From NCBI GenBank assembly GCA_963764165.1, contig CAVXRD010000002.1:1216001-1280000 (forward strand): a DNA stretch of 64,000 bases, in the 5' to 3' direction. This DNA comes from an uncultured Verrucomicrobiae bacterium. Lineage in GTDB: Bacteria > Verrucomicrobiota > Verrucomicrobiia > Limisphaerales > Palsa-1400. Positions 1 to 9,173 of this stretch are shown here, piece by piece. Each line of letters starts with the position of its first letter. The first letter of the stretch is position 1. Below the pieces are notes generated by a model. It searched no databases and was not told where the DNA came from. It saw only the letters and a program-made list of their open reading frames with translations. The translations under genes were made by a program, and so were the position numbers.

Positions 1-76
1 CGCCACGGCGCCATGCGATCACGAACGCCACGAGGGCGACCATGAGAACTCCGATTTTTAGCCAATAATCATTCAT
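1..76 (-). CDS. secE: Preprotein translocase SecE, N-terminal part (runs off window start)
   Basis: Manual translation MNDYWLKIGVLMVALVAFVIAWRRG... is hydrophobic; position just downstream of tuf-tRNA-Trp is the usual secE slot. Identity rests mainly on synteny. Confidence 0.6.
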   Translation of the reverse strand, partial: MNDYWLKIGVLMVALVAFVIAWRRG

Positions 77-96
77 TCAATTCAATCCAATTCATT

Positions 97-186
<90 letters not shown>

Positions 187-209
187 GGTCTATCCCTCTC
201 ATTCTCGAG

Positions 210-285
210 TGGCAGGGCGGGAGGGACTCGAACCCCCAACCGACGGTTTTGGAGACCGCTACTCTACCAATTGAGCTACCGCCCT
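210..285 (-). tRNA. tRNA-Trp(CCA)
   Basis: AGGGCGG...CT-CCA-AA...GTTCGAGTC...CCA; 76 nt. Confidence 0.96.
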
Positions 286-353
286 AAACCTCGATCAGTC
301 CCCGCGTCCATTAACAGAGGCAGGCACGACTTGTCGTTCCTGCCCTTAAATAA

Positions 354-1545
354 CTACGCCACGATGTCAGACACGCGACCGGCGCCAATCGTTCGACCAC
401 CTTCGCGAATGGCGAAACGCTGGCCTTTTTCCATGGCCACAGGGGCGATCAATTCAATATCCACCGAGACGTTGTCGCCCGGCATGACCATTTCCACTCC
501 CGCCGCCAGCGTGACGGTGCCCGTAACGTCGGAGGTGCGGAAAAAGAATTGCGGGCGATACTTGGTGAAGAACGGCGTGTGACGGCCACCTTCATCCTTG
601 GACAAAACATACACTTCCGCCTTGAACTTCATGTGCGGCGTGATGGAACCGGGCTTGGCCAAAACCATGCCGCGTTCAACGTCTTCCTTGCGGGTGCCGC
701 GGAGCAGCACGCCGACGTTGTCACCGGCGCTGGCTTTGTCGAGCAGCTTGCGGAACATTTCGATGTCGGTGGCAACGGTCTTGCGGGTGTCTTTCAGGCC
801 GACGATTTCCACTTCAGACATCTTGTTCAACTCACCGCGTTCGACACGGCCCGTCACGACAGTGCCGCGACCTTCAATGTTGAACACGTCTTCGATGCAC
901 ATCAGGAACGGCTTGTCGATTTCGCGCGTCGGCAGCGGGAATAAAGGAATCCACCGCGTCCAGCAAATCAGCAATGGCCTTCTCGCCTTCGGGCTTGCCA
1001 GCCAAGGCGGCGGTGGCGCTGCCACGAACGACCGGGGTCTTGTCGCCCGGGAATTGATACTTGTTGAGCAGGTCGCGGATTTCCATCTCGACCAATTCCA
1101 GCAATTCAGGATCATCAACGAGGTCAACCTTGTTCAGGAAGACAACGATCGCCGGCACGCCGACTTGGCGGGCCAAAAGAATGTGCTCACGGGTCTGGGG
1201 CATGGGGCCGTCGGCGGCGCTGACCACCAGGATCGCGCCGTCCATCTGGGCGGCGCCGGTGATCATGTTTTTTACATAGTCAGCGTGGCCAGGGCAGTCA
1301 ACGTGCGCGTAGTGGCGCAAAGGAGATTCATATTCCACGTGCGAAACCGCGATGGTCACCGTCTTGGTGGCGTCACGAACCGTGCCGCCTTTGGTGATAT
1401 CGGCGTAGCTGATCGGCGGGGCCATGCCCTTTTTGCTCTGAACTTCGACAATGGCCGCCGTCAAGGTGGATTTGCCGTGGTCAACGTGGCCAATGGTGCC
1501 GACGTTGACGTGCGGTTTAGTTCGTTGAAAAGCTTCTTTTGCCAT
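354..1545 (-). CDS. tuf: Elongation factor Tu, split by a single extra base at about 937-939
   Basis: ORF 874-1545 gives [26 protein letters not shown]...[12 protein letters not shown]...[11 protein letters not shown] 354-1127 continues [12 protein letters not shown]...[10 protein letters not shown]. Removing one C from ATT CCC G CTG joins them. Confidence 0.95.
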
Positions 1546-1597
1546 ATTGTCCTGTCTTATGTTTTAAAATTTTAATCCGTTGCTATTTCAAAAGTTA

Positions 1598-1673
1598 TGG
1601 AGCCCATGATCAGGATTGAACTGATGACCTCGTCCTTACCAAGGACGTGCTCTACCAACTGAGCTACATGGGC
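1598..1673 (-). tRNA. tRNA-Thr(GGT)
   Basis: GCCCATG...CT-GGT-AA loop...CCA; 76 nt; directly upstream of tuf. Confidence 0.95.
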
Positions 1674-1810
1674 AACCAGCCTGAATTTTCACTCTGGCGT
1701 CCTGACCGTGCGAAACGACAAAAATCCACTACCCCTGCTCCTTCGTATAAAAGTACGAAGATGCATCGAGGCTAATGGCTCCTGCTATTTTGCCCGATAA
1801 CTTCTTTACC

Positions 1811-1839
1811 AGAGTAATTGTGCCACAATGGGGTGTCAA
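1811..1839 (-). promoter_or_regulatory. sigma70 promoter of the tRNA-Thr/tuf operon
   Basis: TTGACA-17 nt-TACTCT on the minus strand with A-tracts upstream; spacer contains the palindrome ATTGTG-G-CACAAT. Confidence 0.7.
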
Positions 1840-1962
1840 CGGCTTTTTTCACCTTTTTTTCACGTGGGGCCAAGAGAGGCAGGAGCCCAGCCGCTCATAT
1901 CCCCCATTATTACCCATTACTCGCATAAAACTGGGAATAATGGGACGGCCTCGGCGGGTGCC

Positions 1963-2637
1963 CTACTGAGATTCGCGGGTGTTTCGGGTGTTTCGCGCTG
2001 GCGGGGCTTTTTTGAATGAAGTTTCCCGCATATATATAGGCTCAAGGCGCTCGGCGGGAACAAAATCGGTCCGTTTCTCCGCCAAGCGTCGCAAAATCTC
2101 GGCTCGGGGGTAAAGTGGTTCCGCCAAAAAACCTGCACCTTCCAAATCTGGCCCGAAAACCCGCTCGCCGCGCAACACAAGTCCCGCTATTTCAGCGCCA
2201 GCCACCAGCCGCAATGGCTCGATTTCGCGCGCCGAATCGCCGGAGAGATCGTATTTTGCCACGTAATACTCGCCACGCTGCGCGTCAATGGCAATATAGA
2301 GTTGGCCCGTTGTGTTTCCCGCGCGCGCCGTTTCAGCAAGACACTCGGCACTGCTGATCCCGATTGTCTTGATATCCCGGCCGAGCTGCCAGCCTTGAGC
2401 CAACGCGATCGCCCCCCGAATTCCCGTGTAGGAGCCGGGACCAAGCCCGGCGGCGACCATGCCAATATCCTCCCGTTCGCACCCGGCCTGCTTTAATGCT
2501 TCTTCCACCAAACCCAGTGCGCGACGACCGCCAACATCAACGGCTTCTCCCATCATTGCCAGACTATCAGACCCGGCGAATTCCGCGACTGAAGCACTCC
2601 GGCGGCTCGACGAAAATTCAACCGCCAAAATCTTCAT
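1963..2637 (-). CDS. tsaB: tRNA threonylcarbamoyladenosine biosynthesis protein TsaB
   Basis: MKILAVEFSS start and GLGPGSYTGIR motif; adjacent to tsaE. Confidence 0.92.
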   Translation of the reverse strand: MKILAVEFSSSRRSASVAEFAGSDSLAMMGEAVDVGGRRALGLVEEALKQAGCEREDIGMVAAGLGPGSYTGIRGAIALAQGWQLGRDIKTIGISSAECLAETARAGNTTGQLYIAIDAQRGEYYVAKYDLSGDSAREIEPLRLVAGAEIAGLVLRGERVFGPDLEGAGFLAEPLYPRAEILRRLAEKRTDFVPAERLEPIYMRETSFKKAPPARNTRNTRESQ

Positions 2638-3064
2638 AGAAAATTTCGCGAACTGTCTCGCCGGCGGCTTTGATCTCGACCCGGCGCAATTTCATCCCGG
2701 GAGGCGGCGGCCACGGGCCCCCTTCAATCCACCTTTCGATCCACTCCACCACCGCCACCCCTGCGGGCCTGTAAAGGTAAATTTCCAATCCAGCGCGGAT
2801 AATTTCCTCCCGCGTCTCCAGCCGGTAGAGATCAAGATGAAAAAAGGGAAGCCTGCCTTCGCGGTATTCATTGACCAATCCGAAAGTCGGTGATTGAGGC
2901 TTCTTCGGCACTCCCAGCCCGCGCGCCACCCCGGCGGCCAGAACCGTCTTTCCAGCGCCAAGGTCGCCGCTCAAGCCGATGATAGTGCCGTGGAGCGCCG
3001 CGCGCCCCCATTGCCAGCCGAGCAGTTCTGTTTGTTCCGGACTACGCGAAATGAACGTAACCAT
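2618..3064 (-). CDS. tsaE: t6A biosynthesis ATPase TsaE
   Basis: GDLGAGKT P-loop, SPTF, HLDLYRL and VEW motifs. Confidence 0.95.
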   Translation of the reverse strand: MVTFISRSPEQTELLGWQWGRAALHGTIIGLSGDLGAGKTVLAAGVARGLGVPKKPQSPTFGLVNEYREGRLPFFHLDLYRLETREEIIRAGLEIYLYRPAGVAVVEWIERWIEGGPWPPPPGMKLRRVEIKAAGETVREIFYEDFGG

Positions 3065-3974
3065 GTGTTTCCAAAGAATGAATTCCAGTTTTGTCGCGCA
3101 ATTTCAACCCTCGTTCTGAAGTAATTTTCCCAATGCAGCTCAAGCGCACGTCTGGAAACTGTTTTTTCCACGCGTCCAGCACCGGCACAGCGTCCTTGCT
3201 CGCGAGAGTAAAGAGCAGCTCAAAATCTTCGCCATCACCGAGGGCGGCCAGCAGCGGCGGCTTGCTGGAGGATTCCGCGCGCGCCTGCAATTTCGCCGCG
3301 CGGCTCACGGGCACCGCTTGCGAATGCAATTCCGCCCCGACCTGGCTCACGCGCAAGATATGCCGCAAATCGCCCGCCAACCCATCGCTGACATCCATCA
3401 TCGCGTGGATTGAAAAATTTTCCACCAGCCATTGGCCTTCCGCCACGCGCGGTTCAAAATCAAGATGCTTGCCCGAGCGCGAGCCTCCCAATTCGCCTGT
3501 CACATAAATGGCATCGCCAGGCTTCGCGCCGCTGCGAAGAACGCACTTGTCTTTGGCGGCGTCGCCGATCATGGAAATGGAGATGAGCAGCCGCTCTGGG
3601 TTGCGCGTCGTCTCGCCGCCCGCAATGGCAACGCCATATTTTTTGGCCAGCGCATTCAAACCCTTGTAAACTCCTTCGATAAATGCCGGCGAAAATTTAT
3701 CCGGCAAGGCCAGCGTCACCAGGGCCGCAATCGGGCGGCCGCCCATGGCCGCGATGTCGCTCAGGCAGCGGCCGAGCGCCTTATGGCCGATTTGTTCGGG
3801 CTTGGCTTCGGAGGTAAAATGTATCCCTTCGACGACGGCATCCGTTTTGAAAAGAAGGACGCGCCCCGGCCGGCCACAGTCGAGCACGGCGCAATCATCC
3901 CCTGCCCCCGTAATGACGGAATGATTTCCCGGCAGAGTCGGAGTGAGGCGGGCGATCAGGTCGAATTCGTTCAT
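3042..3974 (-). CDS. thiL: Thiamine-monophosphate kinase
   Basis: MNEFDLI start (ATGA overlap with the upstream gene), GDDCA, LSDIAAMG, DVSDGL and GEDFELLFT motifs. Confidence 0.95.
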   Translation of the reverse strand: MNEFDLIARLTPTLPGNHSVITGAGDDCAVLDCGRPGRVLLFKTDAVVEGIHFTSEAKPEQIGHKALGRCLSDIAAMGGRPIAALVTLALPDKFSPAFIEGVYKGLNALAKKYGVAIAGGETTRNPERLLISISMIGDAAKDKCVLRSGAKPGDAIYVTGELGGSRSGKHLDFEPRVAEGQWLVENFSIHAMMDVSDGLAGDLRHILRVSQVGAELHSQAVPVSRAAKLQARAESSSKPPLLAALGDGEDFELLFTLASKDAVPVLDAWKKQFPDVRLSCIGKITSERGLKLRDKTGIHSLETHGYVHFA

Positions 3975-4765
3975 CGCTTCGGGTTGAGCATGAGCAGCAC
4001 AAAATTGGCGCCGTTGAAAATGCTGTGCGCCACCATCGGCGCGGCGAGATTGTCGAGAGACTCGTATAAGACCGCCAGCATCATGGCGAACACCAGCAGC
4101 GGAACAAATGTTTCCAGATTGCAGTGAACCACCGCAAAGAGAACGGAGGTGATCCAAAATGCCAAAGCGCGCCCTCCCTTTTGCCGAATTGCCGGGTAGA
4201 ATACGCCGCGAAACATCAATTCTTCAATTATCGGCGCAAAGACAATAGTGATGATGGCCATGGTGGTTTTTTCCGGGAGATTCAAGCCGTGCTGCTGCAA
4301 TTCGACCACGAGATCCTGATCCGGATGAGCCCAATTGAGCTTGGTTAGAACATAGTCGGACAGAGACTCAAGCAGCCAGCCGGCCGGAACAAAAATCGCG
4401 CCTCCCATCACGCCATAGGCGATGGCCGTCGGCACTTCAGTCGATTTGAAAAATGCCTCCTTCCAAGTCGTCTTGCAACGGCGCACCAGCAGCGTTATCA
4501 AACCGAGGGCCGGGGCTTCCATGGCAATGGCGCTGATGACGATCAGCCAAAAATCCGTCTGGGGATCGTGCTTCTGGGCGTCTTGAGGCTGCGCCGCGCG
4601 GGTCTGAACCTCATGGGACGGCGCCTCATGCGCCCGCATCGCGGCCTCGTTTGCGCTGTAATGCTGCACAACCCACATGGGGATTGACGCCACCGCCAGG
4701 GCGCAAATCACGCCCAAAAACAACAGGGCGGCAGCCTCAAGATTCCATGGTTTCTCTGACAACAT
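3971..4765 (-). CDS. CPBP (CAAX/Abi) family intramembrane metalloprotease
   Basis: Multiple TM segments; EELMFRG, FAVVH and HSIFN motifs. Confidence 0.9.
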   Translation of the reverse strand: MLSEKPWNLEAAALLFLGVICALAVASIPMWVVQHYSANEAAMRAHEAPSHEVQTRAAQPQDAQKHDPQTDFWLIVISAIAMEAPALGLITLLVRRCKTTWKEAFFKSTEVPTAIAYGVMGGAIFVPAGWLLESLSDYVLTKLNWAHPDQDLVVELQQHGLNLPEKTTMAIITIVFAPIIEELMFRGVFYPAIRQKGGRALAFWITSVLFAVVHCNLETFVPLLVFAMMLAVLYESLDNLAAPMVAHSIFNGANFVLLMLNPKR

Positions 4766-4790
4766 GCGGGGAATCGCCCAGTCAGTTTAT

Positions 4791-4888
4791 GGCCGGGCCG
4801 CCTCGCCGAGGCGTCCGGGGCCGCGGTGTTTTTCGAACGCGTTCGGACTCGCGAAAGTCCCCGGACGCCTCGGCGAGGCGTCCCTGCC
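4791..4888. repeat. REP doublet (REPIN-like), family A, uninterrupted copy
   Basis: Inverted pair cgcctcgccgaggcgtcc ... ggacgcctcggcgaggcgtccctgcc. The spacer resembles the reverse complement of the spacer at 22572-22617; the GTAG ends are degenerate. Confidence 0.85.
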
Positions 4889-5302
4889 TTCGAGGCAATG
4901 CCGACATGCGAGCGTATCACAGATGAGATGGGCGGGTGCTGTCATTCGTAAAGCCGCGTTCACATTACAACGCGTCGGCGATGCTGGGAAGGACGATTTA
5001 GAAGACGCTTAAAGAGGTTGAAACGGCAACCAAATCATGACGGCTTGACAAGCATCTCCCCGACCCGGAAACAATGAGCGTGATCTGTCTTTGTGTTCCT
5101 CTGCGCGCTCATCTTCTCTGCGCGAAAGTTCTTTTCCTTCTGGCACCGCAATCGCCCCCAGAGGCGCATGGAACGCAGGTCTCCCCGCCGAAGCGAACTA
5201 AATTTGACACAGCTATTCCACCGAAATCGCTCTGCAAAAAAGGGGCCAGCACAACATGATCACAAGAATATGCAGTTATGGTGGCGACCCTTTTCTGACT
5301 TC

Positions 5303-6226
5303 TTATTTTTCTTTTTTCACCGTGGATGCCTCAAAAACGCTCTGTATCGTTGCATTAAGCGAAGCATTGAACTCGGCATCGGATTGCTGGGCTGAGAGAC
5401 CTTCGACCAATGCACGTGAAAAGCTCGCCACGATGCCGCCGTTTCTGCGCAACCGCGCGTTTGCTTCATCCCGTGAATATCCTCCGGACAGCGCCAGAAC
5501 CCTGATGACACTGGGATGGCTGGCCAGCTCCGTGTAGAAATCATCTTTTTCCGGCAGCGTTAGCTTGAGAAGAACCTTTTGCCCCGCTGCCAGACCATTG
5601 AGCTTCTCGATCAGGCTCGATTTGAGCAATGCCTCGGCGCCAGCCTTATCGGGGCAATGGATGTCCACCTCTGGCTCCACGATCGGCACGAGGCCGGCGG
5701 CGCTGATTTGCGCGGCCACTTCGAACTGCTGGTTAACGATCGCTTTGACCCCTTCCGGATTGGATTGATAAATCACGGAGCGCATCTTGGTGCCGAAAAT
5801 GCGCGCGGCCTTGGCCTTTTTAAGCAGCGCTCCAAGCTCAGGCATGGGTTTCATCAGTTTCGCGCCGTTTTTCTCTTCGGCAAGGCCCTTGTCGATTTTC
5901 AAAAATGGAACGATGTGCTTGACGTTCCAGAGATAATCCGCCGTGGGCTGCCCCGCGATGTCCCTTTCCATGGTGCCCTCAAACAGAATGGCGCCGAGAA
6001 TCCGTTCGCCGGTGAAGCTCGGGCTCGTGATGATGCGAGCGCGCATTTTATGCACCAGTTCGAACATCTCATCATCGTTGGACCATGATCCCGCCTTGAT
6101 TCCATAGTCGGCGAGCGCTTTGGGCGTGCTGCCACCGCTTTGATCCAGCGCGGCGACAAAGCCGGGCTGCGATTTCATTTTTTGCGTTTGCTGTTGGATT
6201 AAATCTGTTTCGTTAAATGTATTCAT
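5303..6226 (-). CDS. fda: Fructose-bisphosphate aldolase class I
   Basis: AALDQSGGSTPKAL, FGTKMRSV, PIVEPEV, ALSGGY and ASFSRAL motifs. Confidence 0.92.
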   Translation of the reverse strand: MNTFNETDLIQQQTQKMKSQPGFVAALDQSGGSTPKALADYGIKAGSWSNDDEMFELVHKMRARIITSPSFTGERILGAILFEGTMERDIAGQPTADYLWNVKHIVPFLKIDKGLAEEKNGAKLMKPMPELGALLKKAKAARIFGTKMRSVIYQSNPEGVKAIVNQQFEVAAQISAAGLVPIVEPEVDIHCPDKAGAEALLKSSLIEKLNGLAAGQKVLLKLTLPEKDDFYTELASHPSVIRVLALSGGYSRDEANARLRRNGGIVASFSRALVEGLSAQQSDAEFNASLNATIQSVFEASTVKKEK

Positions 6227-6383
6227 ACTCGTTTCGTCTCGTCACCATGGACTGATTAACCGGCGCTGGCTCAGCATATCTTGCTGAGTCGGCCACGATT
6301 TTTGTCCTCCTTTTCAGGCTGCCGCATCCACCTCTATTGCCATGCGCGAAGCATCGCCGCAAACGCAAAATTTGCGCCTGCGG

Positions 6384-6482
6384 CGGCGCGGCCGTGTCGA
6401 AGACCGCCGCCGCGCGTTGCAATGCCAAGCGCGTCGGTCAATTCCATGTTGCTGCGGCTGGTCTTCGACACAACCGCGCTCC
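6384..6482. repeat. Long imperfect inverted repeat element; a related degenerate copy lies at about 39088-39210
   Basis: ggcgcggccgtgtcgaagacc...ggtcttcgacacaaccgcgctcc; ggagcgcgactgtgtcgcagagcagtcgcagc at 39092. Confidence 0.6.
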
Positions 6483-6577
6483 AGCAGATAATTTGCGCGC
6501 ATCGCCCGCTTTTAATCGCACCGTCTCCATTTATGGCCATTGACAGAAGCACCAATTAGGCGTTTTTTGCCAAGGCC

Positions 6578-8113
6578 ATGAACAATATTGGACCGGCGCA
6601 TTTGAGCGCGGATCCGCCCCCCCGCAAGGCGGACCCGTGTGTGATGGTGATTTTCGGCGCCAGCGGCGACCTCACCAAACGCAAACTTATCCCGGCCCTT
6701 CTCAATCTGGCCACTTCCCGGCTCCTGCCAGAGCAGTTCGCCATCATCGGTTTTGCCAGCAACGAATTCACCACCGAATCCTTCCGCACCCAACTGACGG
6801 AGGACATCAAGGAATTCGCCAGTTGCCCGGTGACGCCGGAAATGTGGGATTGGTTTCTCAAGCGCATTTATTATATGCGCGGCGATTTCCAGGACCCGGC
6901 GGCCTACAAGGTTCTCAAGGAGCAAATCGCCGTCGTCGAGAAAACCCACAACGTTCCCAACAACCGATTTTATTACCTCGCCGTTGCGCCGCGCTTTTTT
7001 GGCGAAGTCATCCGGCAGCTCGGCAGCGCGGGGCTGGCGGAGGAAGCCAATGGACGCTGGGCGCGTGTGATTATCGAGAAACCTTTCGGGCGCGATCTGG
7101 ATTCCGCCCGGGCGCTGAATCGCGAAATCAAACAGATCCTCGAGGAGAAGCAAATTTACCGCATTGATCATTACCTCGGCAAGGAGACGGTGCAGAACAT
7201 CATTATTTTCCGATTCGGCAACGGCATTTTCGAGCCGATTTGGAACCGGCGCTACATTGACCATATTCAAATCACCGCCGCTGAGACCGTCGGAGTCGAA
7301 CGGCGTGGCGGTTATTACGAAACGGCAGGCGCGCTGCGGGACATGGTGCCAAATCATTTGTTCCAGCTCGTTTCATTGACGGCGATGGAGCCGCCGATTT
7401 CTTTTCACGCGGACGCCGTGCGCGACGAGCAGGCCAAGGCGCTTCACGCCATTCAGGTGCCGTCTCCCGAAGAGGTGCTATCGATGGCCGTTCGCGGGCA
7501 GTATGGCGAAGGCCACTCGGCGGACGAGCACATGATCGATTATCGCTCGGAATTAAACGTCGCCACGGATTCGACCACGGAGACTTACGCCTGCCTGAAA
7601 TTGAAGATCGACAACTGGCGCTGGGCGGACGTTCCGTTTTATTTGCGCACCGGCAAACGCATGGCCAGCCGCGCGACGGAAATTGCGATTCAATTCAAGC
7701 GGGCGCCGTTTCAATTATTCCGCGACACGCCGGTGGAGAATCTCGAGGCAAACCGCCTCGTGCTCCACATCCAGCCGGAGGAAGGGCTGTCGCTGCGGTT
7801 CGGCGCGAAAATCCCGGGTCCAATCATGCACATGGGCAGCGTCGAGATGAAGTTCAACTACGTCGATTATTTCGGGCGCACGCCGAGCACCGGTTACGAG
7901 CGCCTGATTTACGATTGCATGCTCGGCGACGCCACCTTGTTCCAGCGCGCCGACATGGTTGAGGCGGGTTGGAGTGTCATCACGCCGATTTTGGATGTCT
8001 GGAAGGCGCTTCCGCCCCGCACCTTTCCCAATTACGCCGCCGGCACCTGCGGCCCCAAGGAAGCTGACGACCTGCTGGCCCGCGACGGGCGTTCATGGAG
8101 GAAAATGGAATGA
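6578..8113 (+). CDS. zwf: Glucose-6-phosphate 1-dehydrogenase
   Basis: GASGDL, EKPFG and RIDHYLGKE signatures. Confidence 0.97.
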   Translation: MNNIGPAHLSADPPPRKADPCVMVIFGASGDLTKRKLIPALLNLATSRLLPEQFAIIGFASNEFTTESFRTQLTEDIKEFASCPVTPEMWDWFLKRIYYMRGDFQDPAAYKVLKEQIAVVEKTHNVPNNRFYYLAVAPRFFGEVIRQLGSAGLAEEANGRWARVIIEKPFGRDLDSARALNREIKQILEEKQIYRIDHYLGKETVQNIIIFRFGNGIFEPIWNRRYIDHIQITAAETVGVERRGGYYETAGALRDMVPNHLFQLVSLTAMEPPISFHADAVRDEQAKALHAIQVPSPEEVLSMAVRGQYGEGHSADEHMIDYRSELNVATDSTTETYACLKLKIDNWRWADVPFYLRTGKRMASRATEIAIQFKRAPFQLFRDTPVENLEANRLVLHIQPEEGLSLRFGAKIPGPIMHMGSVEMKFNYVDYFGRTPSTGYERLIYDCMLGDATLFQRADMVEAGWSVITPILDVWKALPPRTFPNYAAGTCGPKEADDLLARDGRSWRKME

Positions 8114-8820
8114 GCGCGGCGAAGGGAAAATCCAAATCCGCCGCGAAGAAAGTCGTTTTTCTTTTTGACGTCGACAATACGCTGTTGAACAACGACCACG
8201 TCACCGCGGATCTCCACAAGCATCTCGAGGCGGAGGTTGGAATCGACGGAGCGCGGCAGTATTGGGCGCTGTTTGAAAAATTGCGCGAGCAGATGGGCTA
8301 CGCGGATTATTTGGGCGCGCTCCAAAGTTACCGGGTCAAATATCCGCACGATCTCCGCCTGCTGACCGTTTCGCATTATCTCATTGACTACCCCTTTGCC
8401 AACCGATTGTTCGCCGGCGCCTTGGACGCGGTGGAAAAAGCCAAGTCATGGGGGCGGACCGCGCTGCTGACAGACGGCGATGTTGTTTTCCAGCCGCGCA
8501 AAGTGGAACGCTCCGGCTTGCTGGAAGCGGTCGAGCATCATGTGCTGGTTTACGTTCACAAGGAGCACGAATTAGCCGATGTGGCCCAGCGTTACCCCGC
8601 CAAACATTATGTGGTGGTGGACGACAAGCTGCGCATTCTCACCGCGATCAAAAAAATCTGGAAGCAGCGCGTGACCACCGTCTTCGTCCGGCAAGGCCAT
8701 TATGCGACCGATCCAAAAATCGTCGGCGGACTGCCGCCCGCCGACGTGACGCTGGAGCGCATCAGCGATTTTCCTCTGTGCAATTTGCCGGATCTGCTGT
8801 CGGCGGCCAAATGCAGCTAG
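8110..8820 (+). CDS. HAD-family hydrolase
   Basis: FDVDNTL motif I and VDDK motif; ATGA overlap with the zwf stop. Confidence 0.85.
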   Translation: MSAAKGKSKSAAKKVVFLFDVDNTLLNNDHVTADLHKHLEAEVGIDGARQYWALFEKLREQMGYADYLGALQSYRVKYPHDLRLLTVSHYLIDYPFANRLFAGALDAVEKAKSWGRTALLTDGDVVFQPRKVERSGLLEAVEHHVLVYVHKEHELADVAQRYPAKHYVVVDDKLRILTAIKKIWKQRVTTVFVRQGHYATDPKIVGGLPPADVTLERISDFPLCNLPDLLSAAKCS

Positions 8821-9173
8821 AATTATGCGTCAGTTAATCGGCACGAATTGAGACTTGGCCTGAATTCTGTGTTGTCAGAAAAAACGAGTGACATCGAAAA
8901 GAATATGGAGTCTGCTGAGCGCTGAGAAAACACAATCTTCTTTGTGTCCTTTGTGATCTTGCTGTAGAAATTTTTGTGCATCCACTGTTTAAAAAATGAA
9001 ACTATTGAACGATCCACTGGGCCTAATCCTCAATTTTCACGAACTGAAACTTACCGACGGCGTAGTGTGCATGGTTCTGGGCGGGGCCACCAGGGAAAGG
9101 CAAGAAGGTTGAACAACAAGGTCACAAAGGACACAAAGAAAAAACCAAGAAAGACACTAAGTACAACCTGACC

